DNA of 38,459 nucleotides from an uncultured Roseburia sp. (GTDB taxonomy: Bacteria; Bacillota; Clostridia; Lachnospirales; Lachnospiraceae): NCBI GenBank assembly GCA_964437435.1, contig CAYTGS010000001.1, positions 1 through 38,459 on the forward strand, read 5' to 3'. Below are positions 36,986-38,459 of the stretch, in pieces. The notes below the pieces were generated by a model, which saw only the letters and a list, made by a program, of their open reading frames with translations, was not told the DNA's origin and did not search any database. Each line of letters opens with the position of its first letter. The first letter of the stretch is position 1. The position numbers and the translations under genes are program-made.

Positions 36986-38171
36986 GATTTTTCTCCTCTT
37001 TATTTGCGATTTTATGAGCGGCACGTTTTGCAAAAACAAGGCTTTCAAGTAAGCTGTTGCTTGCAAGGCGGTTCTTTCCGTGTACCCCGTTACAGCTTGT
37101 CTCCCCTACTGCGTAGAGGTGGGACATTGTAGTCTCCGAGTTGCTGTCAACATGAACACCACCCATGAAATAATGCTGCGCCGGAACTATCGGTGCCGGT
37201 TCTTTTAAAAGGTCATAGCCTTCTTCTAAACATTTTTTGTATATATTAGGAAAATGACCTGTTACTATTTCCTCCGGAACATTTTCAAATGAAATAAATT
37301 CGTGGGTCGTATTTTCCTTTTTCATTTCGTTTAAGATTGCCTCTGTCACAACGTCCCTTGGAAGAAGCTCATCGACAAAGCGCTCCCCCTTGTGGTTAAG
37401 GATAATTGCACCTTCGCCACGGGCTGACTCTGATATGAGAAAACTCCTGCCCGGTTTTTCACTGTAAAGGCATGTCGGGTGGATTTGAACATAATCCATA
37501 TGCTCCAACTCAACACCATGCTCCTTTGCAATACGGCAGGCATCACCTGTCAGCAACGGAAAATTTGTTGAATGTTTGTAAAGTCCACCTATTCCGCCAG
37601 TCGCCATGACTGTATCAGGGGCGTATATCCTAAGCTCCCCACCGTCCTTAGTCCTCGCAGTGATACCGACACAGGCACCGTTTTCTTCTATTATATCTGT
37701 CATGGTGGTGTATTCCATTATTTCAACATTTTGAAGCTTTCTAACATGCCTTAAAAGCGTTGTCGTAATCTCCTCACCTGTTATGTCCTTATGGAAGCAT
37801 ATCCTTGGACGTGAATGGGCGCCTTCCCTTGTATATGCAAGCGAGCCGTCCTCGTTTCTCTCAAACCTGACACCCAGCTCTAAAAGGTGGTTAATGATAT
37901 CCCTGCTTGAATTAATCATTATCTCCACGCTTTCCTTACGATTTTCATAGTGTCCTGCACGCATTGTATCCTCAAAATATGCATCAAAATCATCGTCATC
38001 GAGAAGAACACATATACCGCCCTGTGCAAGCATCGAATCACAGCTTGCCAAATCCTCCTTTGACAGCATAAGTATCTTATTGTCACGGGGAAGCGAAAGT
38101 GCTGTATAAAGTCCTGCCACTCCGCAACCGGCAATGACTACATCATAGTATAAATCCCTTGCCATTTCCAT
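36954..38171 (-). CDS. nadB: L-aspartate oxidase (short form)
   Basis: GCGVAG, AQGGI, EGAHS, QIHPT, LISESARGEG, PRD, HYFMGG, HGKNRLASNSLLE; upstream of nadC. Confidence 0.93.
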   Translation of the reverse strand: MEMARDLYYDVVIAGCGVAGLYTALSLPRDNKILMLSKEDLASCDSMLAQGGICVLLDDDDFDAYFEDTMRAGHYENRKESVEIMINSSRDIINHLLELGVRFERNEDGSLAYTREGAHSRPRICFHKDITGEEITTTLLRHVRKLQNVEIMEYTTMTDIIEENGACVGITARTKDGGELRIYAPDTVMATGGIGGLYKHSTNFPLLTGDACRIAKEHGVELEHMDYVQIHPTCLYSEKPGRSFLISESARGEGAIILNHKGERFVDELLPRDVVTEAILNEMKKENTTHEFISFENVPEEIVTGHFPNIYKKCLEEGYDLLKEPAPIVPAQHYFMGGVHVDSNSETTMSHLYAVGETSCNGVHGKNRLASNSLLESLVFAKRAAHKIANKEEKNHESNYNAACG

Positions 38172-38205
38172 ACCTCTCGTTTGTAATAAATATTAAACTT
38201 CCAAT

Positions 38206-38243
38206 ATAATAGCACAAGTCTTTAAAGGTGACAAGATATAACA
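38206..38243 (-). promoter_or_regulatory. sigmaA promoter of nadBC with overlapping degenerate NiaR-like operator
   Basis: Minus strand TTGTCA-N17-TATTAT with extended TG; the -35 lies in AAGGTGACAAGATA, resembling the TGTCAAGACA-centred NiaR box (from memory). Confidence 0.6.
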
Positions 38244-38280
38244 ATATTTCAAAACTTATTAAATATGTTTTGATTTCTTG

Positions 38281-38459
38281 CTATTCTTTCATTTTAATTA
38301 GGCAGTCTTTCCCGAAAAACGCAATCCCATATTTTATTACTGTTGCATATCCATCGTCGTTTAACTCCTGCACGTATTTTTTATCCTCTATCTGTTGTAA
38401 TGCGTCATCAGCACGTTTATCTAGCTCGGAAAATTTATTCGCTATCTTAAATTCAATAA
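38281..38459 (-). CDS. C-terminus of a PD-(D/E)XK nuclease-like protein (AAA-ATPase-like/PDDEXK_9 type); 5' end outside the window
   Basis: Hand translation IEFKIANKFSELDKRADDALQQIEDKKYVQELNDDGYATVIKYGIAFFGKDCLIKMKE*; ExK..ALxQI..KxY..YGIAF.GK signature. Confidence 0.8.
   Translation of the reverse strand, partial: IEFKIANKFSELDKRADDALQQIEDKKYVQELNDDGYATVIKYGIAFFGKDCLIKMKE

Noticed and set aside
36986-37066. Long nadC start overlapping nadB
   Set aside because: RBS and homology support ATG at 36985.
1738-38134. Numerous short ORFs opposite to or nested within the long genes
   Set aside because: Shadow frames of well-supported genes; no RBS or family motifs.
1-38459. tRNA, rRNA, riboswitch, prophage or integrase
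   Set aside because: None recognised in the intergenic regions or proteins; a covariance-model search would be needed to exclude small RNAs.

Overview
AT-rich Lachnospiraceae/Clostridiales-type chromosomal window, mostly minus strand. Left edge (1-1036, absent from the ORF track because it runs off the window): an intact, open gene for a TnpB/compact-Cas12-like protein in which both visible RuvC catalytic positions are substituted (GIDLG->GISLG; ExL->PKL), i.e. a candidate nuclease-dead RNA-guided regulator. Directly upstream, a ~170-bp promoter-containing segment is bracketed by two 26-bp quasi-palindromic sites that are inverted copies with a 2-bp asymmetric core (GT/AC), the architecture of a serine-invertase phase switch. 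Next come cotS, cca, a complete Gram-positive Tad/Flp pilus locus (including a 55-aa Flp pilin missed by the ORF track), a sigma28-type operon (large DUF6240/FliK-like protein, flagellin, fliS), a circularly permuted orphan amino-acid-binding lipoprotein, a membrane trigger-factor-like PPIase, an nrdG-like activase, a PucR/CdaR regulator with msmX, YesL, HD-GYP, GNAT, a His15-less HPr paralogue, a hybrid kinase with an atypical response regulator, an MCP, LytTR, a beta-helix protein, nadBC and the C-terminus of a PD-(D/E)XK protein. All family calls come from motif recognition by eye; no database searches were run.
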